DNA of 64,000 nt from Octopus sinensis (Eukaryota): the NCBI RefSeq assembly GCF_006345805.1, contig NC_042997.1:185132001-185196000 (forward strand), given 5' to 3'. The notes under the pieces are model-generated. The model was not told the origin of the DNA. It worked only from the letters and a program-made list of their open reading frames with translations, and did no database searches. Both the position numbers and the translations under genes were made by a program. Within the stretch, counting starts at the first letter, position 1, and the number at the start of each line of letters is the position of its first letter. This document shows positions 24,728-37,749 of this stretch, piece after piece.

Positions 24728-25025
24728 GAAGGTGCACGGTTCAGTGGTTAAGGTGTTGCGCTCACGATTGCGAGATCGTGAGATCAATTCACAATCCGGC
24801 GTTGCGTTGTGTTCTTGAGCAAAGCACTTCATTTCACGTTGCTCTGCGATTATTTCGTCATCTGACATGAGGAACACTGTGCACCTGGACAGGTAATGTT
24901 GAGTTGATGGATGGAGCGAGCTTAACGTGTACAAAAATATTTGATCACTATAAACAAATCATCTGTGTGGTTGTTCAGCAAAAATTGCCGAACCGTTATA
25001 CGTCGTCTAAAGACGGGAAAGTCCA
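24728..25025 (+). mobile_element. Diverged tRNA-SINE
   Basis: ggttcagtggttaagg A-box, gttgtgttcttgagcaaagcacttcatttcacgttgctc core. Confidence 0.65.
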
Positions 25026-25274
25026 CGATACACATACATACACACATACGTACTCGTTGTTTGAAAAAAGTCCGTTTCCATGTTTTTGTTTTTATGTTTT
25101 CGCTTCTCATTGTGTTCAAGGTTTTTTTTTTTTTTTGGTATCCTGTACCCATATATGCATGTATATATACATGTAAGATGTAGGTATGTACATATATGTA
25201 TGTATGTATGCATATGTTTTATATACTATTTTGTTATTATATGACCGAACGCCACGCATCCACTTTCAAGTAAG

Positions 25275-25309
<35 letters not shown>

Positions 25310-25352
25310 GCACACATATGCTTGAGTATTCTATTCTTCTACGAATTATTGC

Positions 25353-25451
25353 CTGTGTAAAAGCGTGTATTCTTGTTGTTTACGACGGCTATCTCCATTC
25401 TTGCTACTGCGTAAGGTATAGTTTTAGTAGTTCTAAATATAATCCGATTTT
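25353..25451 (-). CDS. Candidate exon (NRIIFRTTKTIPYAVARMEIAVVNNKNTRFYT)
   Basis: ctcacag acceptor, open frame, phase 1-1 if a GC donor (ag/gcaata) is used. Confidence 0.4.
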
Positions 25452-25486
25452 CTGTGAGATTTTTATTATTATTATTATTATTATTA

Positions 25487-25525
<39 letters not shown>

Positions 25526-26067
25526 CATTATTATTGTTATTGTTATTAAATGAGCAGTCATTGTAGTAGTGGAGATCGTTGTAGCAGAGGTGGTAGAATC
25601 ATAACTAAAGAAGTTACGTCGAAATCACATAAAGTGTTATTATAACACAGCGGAGAAAAGAATTCTTCCATTACAAAAGAAGAACCATCAAAAGCAGATG
25701 TTCATTCGTGACAAGGCACATTGAAGTAACGTTCTAAGACATGATATTACCATTATTATTATTAACTTTTTTTTTTACCTCTTGAGAAAGAAGCAATAAT
25801 GACGCTTAGCATTCCTGCTAGGCAGAAAATGATATGTAACGACCGTCATGTTGTAATTCTTAATTCAATGATGTCTTGGGGCTTAGCGCGCAAATATTGT
25901 CAAGAGATCACTACAGACACATTGGAATTCAATCGAAATTATTTTCTTCGTGGGGGATTCATGGTTTTGTCAAATCGAGATCATTTCTGATTCTAAGACA
26001 ATTAGCATCTAAATCTAACGATGACTTACGCTGAGAAAGAAAAACTGCAGAAACAACAACAACAACA

Positions 26068-26160
<93 letters not shown>

Positions 26161-26814
26161 TCGAGTTATCTTTTTATTCGTACTCGTACATCAACAGAAA
26201 GTTATCAGTAAAACCGTGCTGGAAGATTAACGAAAAAAGAAGGAAAAAGAAAAGCTGGGGCTTCAACATCCGCAATAATTTATTTTATTCATATTCACTA
26301 TATCTTAGTATGGAGACAATGGAAAGAGACAAACAGCTCCAAAACATTCTGGAGATATCTCTATCTATGAGCTCTTGTAGCTCTTCAAAACATTTCTCAG
26401 AATATAATATTCATGTTCAACTTTAATATTCGATCAATATTACTATGGAAACTGTTCGTGTTACTGAATGGCGTGATATTCAGTGCAAATCATAGCATTA
26501 TAATAACCAATTAATACACTCTAAAATGCATTATATCTGTTTTAAGAATATCTGTTATATTTCAAAAGCACCTACTACTAACCATTTGAAATTCTTAAAT
26601 AAACTACCTCGAAATGGTTTAATTTTTCTCGTTGTTGTTGGAAGTAATATGATGCAGAAGGTGCATTAGAAATACAAGGTGTTTTGTTTTTGATTATGTT
26701 TCGGTTTGTTGAGAGAAATCTGTGCTCATAGACTTCAGAGATACTCACCGAATTTGAAGGTCGATGCAGCTGATGTTCAGCTCTTGTAGTTACGTTTTCA
26801 AGGCGCATACTTGC

Positions 26815-26900
26815 CGTTAATAATTTTTATTCCTTTGTTATGGCAATATATCATATCTAGAAGTTCATATTGCGTCTTTCCTATGTTTTGAAACTGCAGG
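26815..26900 (-). CDS. Candidate exon (LQFQNIGKTQYELLDMIYCHNKGIKIIN)
   Basis: ctccag acceptor in phase 2; g/gcaagt GC donor in phase 1. Confidence 0.4.
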
Positions 26901-27941
26901 CTGGAGTTTAAATGAGATTTAGCAACAATTCCTAGCACCCGAAGCGCTCTAAAACGCCATCGTCGACTCGAGATTTTCTATGATAGGATAGAACAATGAA
27001 CTTATTAGACTGGTATACAACTTCATAGATAAGAAAACGAACTTTTGCATTAATGGTAGAAGAGCCTGAAATATGTTACAGCTTCATTGTCTACTTATGG
27101 TTGTTGTGTGTTACTGAGTAAAGATGTGTTAGTTAGTTGGGTGGCCTCACTTAGGGGTAATCTATAATGCTTTTATGTGGAGTGTACTCGAGAATGTTTG
27201 AACGTGGACTAAGTTTATTTGGAAATTCTGATTACTAATGAAAAAGGAATCCTAGGCAATTTGCTCGTCATTCCGTGGAACTTGGCAAATAAAAATGTAA
27301 TGCAAAGAGATTAAACCTGTACATTTATTTATTAGAAAAGTGATTGTACCTACTCGACAGCATTACCGATGCTTTTATATAATACAGGATATATGACATA
27401 TATTTGTTGCGTAGTGGAAGATTGTGTATGTAATGTTGGACAAAAACAAAACGATCTACGCTAGATTCGAACTAGGTGAAGAAAATGACATTTCGTTCTC
27501 TGTCTGTGTGGGAAAAGAAAATTGAAAATAAATGAACCATTGCTCAGATGACTGATGGTTAATTATGGGATTTCTATTAATTGATGTAAAAGTCACAAAT
27601 CACGGTTCACAATCTTATTGATGTTTAAAGCATTCTACACCATCATCGCCGTATGAAAACCAAGACCAGCAACAACGAGACGAAGTTAAACAGCGTTACC
27701 AACAGCACTAAGTTCATCAACAATCGCAACAACGTTATACACTTGTATGAATTCAATTTAGAAACGCCGATTGAGCAAAACAATCGTTGTTTTTATTTCT
27801 CTGTAACTAATTAGATTTTTTTGAGTTTGTCTACTGTTCGTACGTAACTTTCCATGCAGACCTTGTATTTAATTAAATTTCCAGTTGAATTTTGTTTTTA
27901 ATTGCGTTCCACTCATCAAATTCGAATAGAACGTAACAAAC

Positions 27942-28085
27942 CGCAAAGATAGCTCTGATCCTCGCCAGCGTTTAGTTTTCTTTAATCGTTCTCTTAATCT
28001 AATAACATTTCTAATACGCTTAGCCACACAGTATTTCATGTTTCTAGAGCAATATCCATCATTATTTGCCCATTGATGCTGATAA
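27942..28085 (-). CDS. Candidate exon (YQHQWANNDGYCSRNMKYCVAKRIRN...ELSLR)
   Basis: cttctcctgcag acceptor, gtttgt donor, 144 nt open. Confidence 0.55.
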
Positions 28086-29157
28086 CTGCAGGAGAAGCTG
28101 ATGGCGGAATATTTCCAAATTTTACATATCACCCGCTCACACTAGGTTGTTAGAGTATGTATTTGCGTTGAAGTCAATATCTCATGTTTCTGTATTTCTA
28201 TTTGTGAATATCACGTGATACTTCTTACAAGTCCATCGCTCCATCTCCAACGTAAATTATGCGATTTTATGTTTGCTCTTGTGATTTGGACTTAGTTGGT
28301 AATCTTAACTTTGAAATTTTCTGTTTATATATTGAATTTACTGTTGTTTCGCTGCTGCTTTTGTCGTTGTTGCTGCTACATTTATTGATATTTTTAAACA
28401 ACATATCAACTCTGTACATACTTTCTAGTCTCCTATATTAGTTAATTTTCTATTTCATTGTTATTTTTATATGCAACAATAGAAGCAAACAATTTATCAA
28501 ATCAATATTCATTTAAGTATTACTGAATAATAATAATTAATGGTTGCGCCATCACAAAATAGGGACTATGTATTTTTCAATGTCATAAAAAAGGAAATCA
28601 AAGAACGAGCAAATAAATAAGTGTTCCATTCATTAAGTGAATTGCTGAACTGATTTGCTTAAAACATATAAGATCGATAGAGCGTTTGTGCAAAGGGAAT
28701 TAAAGTTAAACAGTACTATAATCTAAGAGCAATGTTTTCTTTAATGAAAAATACAAAATAAAAATCAATTGCTGTGTAAAAATAGTTTGTTGAACCATGT
28801 CTTAGCTTCTTTATGTATATTTTCATTGATGTATTTTTGTATTCTGGTTCTAAGTTGGTTTGTTTGCACAAGAAATTTTAGTGAACAATACTTAGAAAGT
28901 CGATTGTTTGGTTATTATTATTTGAATTCTTTATTATTTATTTAGTTCATTTTGGATATACTGTTTAATATGTTCTTACAAGGGTTGGCAATTGTTGCAA
29001 TAGCTTGTCGGTTAAAGAGTTAACGGATCGTATCATATGAACGGCGTTGGAAGATATTCTTGTTTATACACTTAATTCAAAATGGTCTGACCTGTTTAAT
29101 AGATACATAAGAGAAGGCAGTGTGAAAAAGTTTCTTACATTAATTAGTTTTACTTAC

Positions 29158-29234
29158 TCATGTATGAAGCTGATAGCTCTTGAAGTCGAGTATTTTCAAT
29201 TTGAAGTGCCAATCTTCCTTCCCTCTGATAAAAC
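29158..29234 (-). CDS. Candidate exon (FYQREGRLALQIENTRLQELSASYM)
   Basis: ttttctag acceptor, gtaagt donor, phase 2 to 1. Confidence 0.55.
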
Positions 29235-29580
29235 CTAGAAAACTATTGGAATCATACTAAATATACTAGGAAAATACTAAAATACCAATACCAAGAAGTG
29301 AAGTAATTGCATCGGAGCTTTCTTAAAATTAGCTGATAATACACTCATATACATACACTAAGGTATGTATCTACATATATTATTAGTGGTTATACTTCAG
29401 CGATACGAATATGTAGAGTTAGTTATCAAAGCGTCGATTTGTGAATAGCATTGCATGTGTATAATAAAGTGCTTTCATAAAATTTTCTCAGATGTATTCT
29501 TCACATTTTGTAGCAAAATTTTCCAGGATCTCTTTCTGTAAAATTCTTCACTTTTTAAAATCGGGAATTGTTTTACATAC

Positions 29581-29654
29581 AGTGGAAGATATTTTGTTTT
29601 CCCCATACTCTGCATCTTATACAGCCTATTAATTTCCACATGAATGTAGTTTCC
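29581..29654 (-). CDS. Candidate exon (GNYIHVEINRLYKMQSMGKTKYLP)
   Basis: tttttag acceptor, gtatgt donor, phase 0 to 2, matches the next exon. Confidence 0.55.
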
Positions 29655-29866
29655 CTAAAAATTAAACTACCATAATTTGGAAGTAGATAGGAAAAGAGTA
29701 GAAATTCCAGTTTTTATTAGAAATCATCAGAAAAAGAAAAACAAAAGAGGAAAAATGAACCGTCCAAACAAACCTCCGAGAGGACAAAAAATTACTGCAA
29801 TTATGGGAAGTAAAACGCAGGAATGAGTAAACAATGATATCATCACGAAAGATATTCACTTGTTAC

Positions 29867-29949
29867 AAAGAACAGTAAAAATTTTCTCAAATGATATCCT
29901 GCCAAATTTTTAAAGAAATGACACCCTGAATAATGTCGTCTTTCACATC
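29867..29949 (-). CDS. Candidate exon (CERRHYSGCHFFKNLAGYHLRKFLLFF)
   Basis: tttttcag acceptor, gtaaca donor, phase 1 to 0. Confidence 0.35.
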
Positions 29950-30514
29950 CTGAAAAAGTAGCGATTGGTTTCGGTCGGAACGCCTATCATAATTGGAGTC
30001 TTCTATTAGCGCGTAACAGGGGATTATACGAAAATCGAGGCAGCAAACAGCTAGGGCATCGGCTCTAAATGGATATTAATGCGAAAATCGAAATAGGCAC
30101 CATAAAGATTTTCATAAATGATATATTGAAATGTCAGATAAATGCTATATGATCTATAACGTGAGTTTTGGTAAATAAATTAAATAAAATATTTGTGCTT
30201 AGACATTATTTACACCAAGGTGAATTGTTGAATACCGAGTCATTCAATTATCTCAACGTAGTTAGTTTTTTTTACCAAGTTTTTCTACGTTATTTTAAGA
30301 AGGAAAAGAAAAAACGTTTTCTTGTGAAACGCATTATTATTGTGAATGAGAGGTGTCAAATGCATGAAACAACAAAAAGACAAAACAATATAGTACTGTA
30401 TAAATTTCATATAAATAAAATTTATTACTATATATTCACAGAGAGAGATTAATTGATAAATAAATACATAGACATAGATATGGATATATAAGCATATATC
30501 ATATATGTCTTGTC

Positions 30515-30579
30515 TTAGAAGTTAGTTGAAGATGTTTTAGAAGTTAGTTGAAGATGTTTTAGAAGTTAGTTGAAGATGC
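30515..30579. repeat. 22-bp minisatellite, 3 copies
   Basis: ttagaagttagttgaagatgtt repeated. Confidence 0.9.
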
Positions 30580-31152
30580 ACGCAGTTTCTTGCACTTATG
30601 TATAGAGTTACACTTTCACTCGGTCAGATAATATTTGTAAAAAGAAGTGGTGTATCCGTAACACACTACCAAGGCCATTTCTCACTGGCCAAAAAAAGAT
30701 CAGATGGTCGAATAAGTAGCTATAAATATCGTTGAAATTTGCTCAACAACAATGGTGTAAGGAAAAGTATGTGTTCTAGATTTGCAATCATCAAGCGGAA
30801 ACAACTTAGCGTTACTTATCGAATCGGAAACATGTGACTTTTCAGACGCATTGAAGCTGCCCAGGAGACTTTTTCGCATATAAAGTCAACTACATAATAT
30901 ATCACATCTATGATGAATCTGAAGTAACCGCCCAATTTTTCATCAAAATTGGTATCCTGACAAAAATGCACTATTTCACTTAGCACTGCTTTATAAAATA
31001 TGATGGTTCAGTAATCTCGTAGATAGATATAAAAATGATTATTCGGAGGAATATTTAAAGTAGAGCACCAAATTATCGATAATTAACTTTGAGGACATAA
31101 CACTAGATTTAATCACAGACGAATGATGCTCTTGCAGAAAACATATATATAT

Positions 31153-31366
31153 ACTCTTTTACTCTTTTACTTGTTTCAGTCATTTGACTGTGGCCATGCT
31201 GGAGCACCGCCTTTAGTCAAGCAAATTGACCCCAGGACTTATTCTTTGTAATCATAGTACATATTCTAACGGCCTCTTTTGCTGAACCGCTACGTTACGG
31301 GGACGTAAACACACCAGCATCGGTTATCAAGCGATGGGGATGGGGGACAAACACAGACACACACAC

Positions 31367-31402
<36 letters not shown>

Positions 31403-31466
31403 CGACGGGCTTCTTTCAGTTTCCGTCTACCAAATCCACTCAGAAGTCTTTGGTCGGCCCGAGGCT
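31153..31466 (-). mobile_element. SINE family A (5'-truncated)
   Basis: Family A body and tail. Confidence 0.85.
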
Positions 31467-31479
31467 CTCTCTCTCTATA

Positions 31480-32975
31480 TATATGAATTTCTGCATGTAA
31501 ATGAGAGAAAGGGTGATTACAGATGGGTACTCCCGAGTGGTATCTGGGTGTTACTCCATTCGGATTTACAGCTGAGTGTGGATATGTACTCTTGTAAACA
31601 GACAGCTCCAGTGACTTGTCTCAGCATTGCATCAGTGACATGTGTAGATAGGATGCTAACCGAAGTCTCCCTAAGTAGCCATTGTGGCAGTCTACAGCAT
31701 GCTGATAGATGATGTAGTTCGTTTTTGTCTCACTTATATCTATCAAATGGATATGACTTACTTAATATAAATTCGATACTCCTACCTGTCTGTTCTACAA
31801 CTTTGATCTAAAGACCAGCTGTGCGTAGGATCTTCTTAAATATCTTACTTAAATCGTTCTTAGTTGTGGCGTCAACAAACAGTACCCTGCGAAACTTCTT
31901 GTATTATTTTTTATTTCTATTGTAGGTGTTTCTCTCCAACCCATTCCAGAACTTGTTGCGGTATAGTGGGCATATACCGTTTTCATCATGTCTTAGAATG
32001 CGTTCGAACCTTGTTTTCGCTCCTTTGTACACTACTTCTATCGTACTGTGTGTAACCGGAACGTTGCATTCGGTATATGCAGTGCTGGATGTGTTATCGT
32101 TCTTGGGATTGGCATTGTACGGGTACGTTCCTCATTACTCTAAGTCGGATACGTGGATGTTGATTTTGATTCAAATATGAACACTTTGCTAGATGAAGAA
32201 CAGATGACAACTATGCAACACTTAGCTGACTCTATTCATAGTAGTATAAAGGTTACTGCAGTCTACCCTTCTGAATACCTCGGAAATAGATTACCTGTCC
32301 TGGATACTGAGCTGGGGATAGAAGATACTATGATCAACGGAACTGCTTAAACCTCGTTACTTCACTCGCACTATTATAAACCTATGGCTAATCCACTAGT
32401 AATCCGTAGTGACTCGGCGATGTCGGGTACTACCAAAATCAACATCCTCGTTGCAGACTTAGTGTAATAAGGAACGTATCCCTAATATGACAACCACAAG
32501 AACGACAACAACACATCCAGCACTACATTTTGACATGTGGTTTCGTTTGATAAAATCACGTGTCAAATAATTATGTAGTATGTTCTACAATCCCACATGT
32601 ATACTGTAAAACCAGATTAAGTGACAGGAAGGGACTTATGCGGTTCTCCCAGAGTCCTATATAGGTGAGACATCTAGGAGTATCAATGACAGGTTCAAAG
32701 AATATATGGATAACTACACTGAGAAAAAAACCGAACTCCATCTTTTATCAACGTGCTGTAGACTGTAACAATGGCTCTTTACGGAGGCATAGGTTAGATA
32801 ACCTATCTACACATGCCACTGATGCAATGCTGAGACAAGTCACTGAAGCTATCTATATACAGAAGTGCAAACACAACCTCAACCGTAAATCCGAATGAGG
32901 CAACACCCAGATACCACTCGGGAGTACCCATCTATAATCACCCTTTTCTCTAATTTACATGTAGAAATTCATATA
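31480..32975. mobile_element. Penelope-like element remnant as two divergent inverted 3' halves
   Basis: Plus arm: IKVTAVYPSEYLGNRLPVLD, HYYKPMANP, ESYIGETSRSINDRFKE, DAMLRQVTEAIYI; 31480-31730 is a diverged reverse complement of 32720-32975. Confidence 0.8.
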
Positions 32976-32992
32976 TACATGTTGAGATACAT

Positions 32993-33402
32993 AGTGGCTG
33001 TGTGGTAAGTAGCTTGCTAACCAACCACATGGTTCCGGGTTCAGTCCCACTGCGTGGCATCTTGGGCAAGTGTCTTCTGCTATAGCCGCGGGCCGACCAA
33101 AGCCTTGTGAGTGGATTTGGTAGAGGGAAACTGAAAGAAGCCCGTCGTATATATGTATACATATATATATAAGTGTGTATGTGTTCGTGTGTCTGTGTTT
33201 GTCCCCCTAGCATTGCTTGACAACCGATGCTGGTGTGTTTACGTCCCCGTCACTTAGCGGTTCGGCAAAAGAGACCGATAGAATAAGTACTGGGCTTACA
33301 AAGAATAAGTCCCAGGGTCGATTTGCTCGACTAAAGGCGGTGCTCCAGCATGGCCGCAGCCAAATGACTGAAACAAGTAAAAGAGTAAAAGAGTAAAAGA
33401 GT
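32993..33402 (+). mobile_element. SINE family A
   Basis: Near full-length copy with gagtaaaa tail. Confidence 0.9.
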
Positions 33403-33562
33403 ATATATAATTATAAGGGTAAAATAAATAAATTAATTAATAATTCCACCAAGTAGTGATTCGGTATGTAAAAGACCGTTATCGGTAAATTTAAACAATA
33501 TTTATTATTATAATAGGGGTTAGGAATTTGTGTAGTGAAGCAAATTCTTTTGCCTAACCCTT

Positions 33563-33612
<50 letters not shown>

Positions 33613-33674
33613 TAATATATAATATATATATATATAATATATATATATATATATACATGAGATGCAGCACGGAC

Positions 33675-33724
33675 TTTGTCAGTGAACAGGTCGCGGATTT
33701 TAGCGACGAAAATATTTTGACAAA
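33675..33724 (+). ncRNA. Type-I hammerhead-like motif, G3:C8 variant (second copy)
   Basis: UUUGUCA-GUGAACA-G-GUCGC-ggauuuua-GCGAC-GAA-AAUAUU-U-UGACAAA; only loop II differs from the first copy. Confidence 0.6.
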
Positions 33725-34399
33725 TTAAACTTAAATGTTGAAGTGAATCGAACGGCTTTTGTGTGTTTCTTAAATGGCTTATAAACACCTTCCACGCTGC
33801 AATTGTTTTCGTTTCAGCACACGATCTCAGATCAAATTACTTGCTATGCGAGTACATCTCCGTAATATATATATATATTTATGTATATAGTGTATATGGG
33901 AGACATACGAGAAATAGAAAGGGAAGCATTAAGAAGGGAGAGAGATTTAGATGAAAATACGCAGATGAGTACGAAAATAGACAAAGAGCGGGTAATTAAG
34001 AAGAATACGTGTAAGGCTTATGCGTAGCTTCCTTATGTATTACTAAATCTACAAAACAATGACGTGTTACCGATATTTGTTCAAATGCAATGCATACGTT
34101 TTGTTAAAACTAATGGAAATGAAATATATCAGACATGATGGAAGCGAAAGAATATTTAATTAAATGCGCGCCTCGACTTAAAAATACATTCTCGAACACT
34201 TAAAGAGACACAGTTTTGTATATGAAAAATGTTGCATGCACATAGGAAACGGATTAAAATACTTCTTCATTGATACCCAGAGATGCGTATATAAGTATGT
34301 GCGTGCGCATGAGTTTGAGTACAAACACATACGTATATAATAAATTGGCATATGTATAAATGTATATATATATACACTAATATATATATATATATACAT

Positions 34400-34435
<36 letters not shown>

Positions 34436-34582
34436 AACATATATTAAATAAGCAGTGACTACTTCTATAGTTCCTCTCTGAAATAAAGATGCATTCATTG
34501 ATTATTTAATATATGAAGACACATATTTAATTTAGTATATATTAACTTGTAATTTATTGCAACCATTCCGCTTGTAACTGAT

Positions 34583-34618
<36 letters not shown>

Positions 34619-35931
34619 ATATATATATAATATATATATTATATATATATATATAGATAGATATATATACATACATATCCATATATATACATATATATAT
34701 ATATGTGTATATGTATACACACACATATATCTTTATCTATATCTATCTATCTGTTATATTTATATATGTATCACTTTCTCTATCTCGTGTGGTGGTGGTG
34801 TGTGTGTACAATCATCCTGGAAGAAAATGGAATCAGAAAATAACGAACAAAATATTAAATAGAGATCCTATGACGTCAATTGAAGCTATAAAACGAGAAA
34901 GCAATTATTCTAAACATTATTCATTAGGAAGATTATATGAAGCTGTAGCTTTGTAGATGCAATACAAGTGCGCAATTCTTAGACTCTCAGGCACAGATAG
35001 ATAAATTCATGCGCACATACACAAACACACACACACTCACACACACTCATACACACGCACATAAATATATCTATTTAGTGTTAACTGAGATTAATATATT
35101 CTAGAGTGGTCGAGGCAGAATCTAGTTAGCCTGAGTTGCACGTGTGCGTGCACAGGTGGGTTTATGACTCCGTATGTTAACACTTTGGCAAAAGAAACCG
35201 ATAGAAGGACTCGGCTTTAAAAAAAAGGACTGGCGTTGATTCCTTCGACTAAAGTTCCTCTAGGCTGTGCCCCTGCATAATTGAGGTCAAATGATTGAAA
35301 CAAGATAAAAGATACAAGATATATGCATGTCTCTTCTGTTTTATTTATTTAAATTCTTCCTCTGAAGAAAGGAGTTGGTTTCTAACAAAGATACAAAGTT
35401 CCATCTTTGGAATGTAAATAATGAAAAGAAATTCCCATTTTAAAATTGAAAAAAGTCTTGCATAGTTTTACTATTCTTATTTCTTTATTGCCCACACGGG
35501 GCTAAACATAGAAGGGACAAACAAAGACAGACAAAGGGATTAAGTCGATTATATCGACCCCAGTGTGTAACTGGTACTTAATCTATCGACCCCGAATGGA
35601 TGAAAGGCAAAGTCAACCTCGGCGGAATTTGAACTCAGAATGTAGCGGCAAACGAAATACTGCGAAGCATTTCACCCAGCGTGCTAACGTTTCTGCCAGC
35701 TCGCCGCCTTGCATAATTTTACTCTTCTACATTCAGATTGTATTTGTAATGTGCGAATCAGTTGGTTGATTTCTTTTTCTGAAAATCCAGACTGACAATT
35801 TTGCATTTACTTACAAAACCACGTGTTTCTGTTATCATTAGCACAGATGTAAATTTGTAATCCGGATATAGAAGTTGAAGATTTCGAAGCAGTTGTACAT
35901 AGTTAACTTCTTTCTCTTTGATTTTCTAAGT

Positions 35932-36339
35932 ATACTCTTTACTCTTTTACTTGTTTCAGTCATTTGACTGCGGCCATGCTGGAGCACCACCTTTAATCGA
36001 GCAACTCGACACCGGGACTTATTCTTTTGTAAGCCCAGTACTTATTCTATCGGTCAATTTTGCCGAACCGCTAAGTAACGGGGACATAAACACGCCAGCA
36101 TCGGTTGTCAAGCAATGCTAGGGGGACAAACACAGACACACAAACACACACACGCATATATATATACATATATACGACGGGTTTCTTTCAGTTTCCGTCT
36201 ACCAAATCCACTCACAAGGCTTTGGACGGCCCGAGGCTATAGTAGAAGACACTTGCCCAAGGTGCCACGCAGTGGGAATGAACCCAGAACCATGTGGTTG
36301 GTAAACAAGCTACTTACCACACAGCCACTCCTGCGCCTA
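35932..36339 (-). mobile_element. SINE family A
   Basis: Full-length match. Confidence 0.9.
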
Positions 36340-36724
36340 TGTATGTATGTAGATGTATGTATGTATGTAGATGCAAAGAAGTACCGGATCTTAATAACTT
36401 TTATTAAATATGATATGATATGAAAATTATACATGCTTATAAACGTTTGGTGTGACTTTTCTTTTGTTTGAGACCAAATAAACTCAGATCTATAAATTAG
36501 ATAATGACTATAGACTGAAATACAATCATAACTCTCCACAAAGAAGGCGAAAGTAATACAGCTGTAGCAAAAGAAGCTTAAAATTAACTGGACAGCAGTT
36601 TGGAGAAATTTCAAGAAATTTTAAGGGACTGATTCCATCACTTATCGATCTGAGGGTGACTGAAAAAGAAATGTGCGGACCGCTTAGCTTCTCAAAAGTA
36701 CCAGATAAAAGATACGGCAAAATC

Positions 36725-37150
36725 CCCGTCGTTCGGTCAGAAAACTAACCGCCACAATAAAAAAATATGCCGAATATCGATGTATCTAGTGCTGAAAGAG
36801 GATCTCAGGATCCATCCCTACAAGATGATCCGCCGTCACGAATTCATACAAGTTTATAAGGCCACGAGACTGGAGAGAAGTCGTCAGATTGTAGAAGGCA
36901 TGCTGCTCAACCTGGTGTTCACTAATGAAAAGAAATTTGACATCAAACAGACAGTAAACCACCAGAATTAGCGATTTTGGAGTGTATTTGGCTCCGTCGA
37001 GGATACATCGTAATTCGACTTTAAAATCCACAGTCAGATATGGTTTAGGCGGCTGTAACAGCCACTGGAAGCCTCTTTTCGTCTTTCTGCCCTCGGGTGT
37101 TACAGTTAAAACCCAGCGATACATTAGTGACATTCTGGAAGCCATGCTTA
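36725..37150 (+). pseudogene. Tc1/mariner (DD37D/maT-like) transposase fragment
   Basis: LKEDLRIHPYK, LVFTNEKKFDIKQTVNHQN, MV*AAVTATG...VFLPSGV...QRYISDILE. Confidence 0.75.
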
Positions 37151-37206
37151 GTATATATATATAAAATATGTATGTATATATATGTGTATGCATGTGTGTG
37201 TTATAC

Positions 37207-37261
<55 letters not shown>

Positions 37262-37262
37262 T

Positions 37263-37749
37263 AAATTGTGTCTAAAGCCAGCTGGAGACGATGATCTCCT
37301 GGGGCTAAAAAGCTACAGTAACACCCACCCCTAGTGGTTAGCCATATTGAGATGGCTAGTATACTTTACGTTGTTGAGCGCTTACTGTTTACATCTCGCT
37401 CAGAGATTTATATTTGCTTGCGTCACTGATTTCGAAAAACGGTCTGACCGTTTTTCGAAATCAGTGACAGTGGTTACTGGGAAAAACATTAAATAGATAT
37501 TCGCAAACAGGTCTCTCTTATCGAAAACCCGTGATTAGCGTGTGTTGACAAGAGACAATAATCTCGAAACTGCAGTCCATGCGTATCACTTAGGTTTACG
37601 AGAGGGGTGACCTCCCTTTGCAAATATCATAAGGGCACAGAAATTGTGTCTAAAGCCAGCTGGAGACGATGATCTCCTGGGGCTAAAAAGCTACAGTAAC
37701 ACCCACCCCTAGTGGTTAGCCATATTGTATGGCTAATATACTTTACGTT
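37263..37749. mobile_element. Small element with ~110-bp terminal direct repeats and an internal palindrome, in (TA)n
   Basis: 37263-37372 = 37641-37749; perfect 23-bp-arm palindrome at 37422-37468. Confidence 0.7.

Noticed and set aside
28229-28310. IIYVGDGAMDF (HAD-like) or WRWSDG (C-type-lectin-like) peptides on the minus strand
   Set aside because: An upstream stop or phase mismatch with neighbouring exons; too short to assign a family
35358-35410. CTGAAGA core-like word (also at 47599; CTGACGA at 57624)
   Set aside because: No stem II or GAAA/stem III follows
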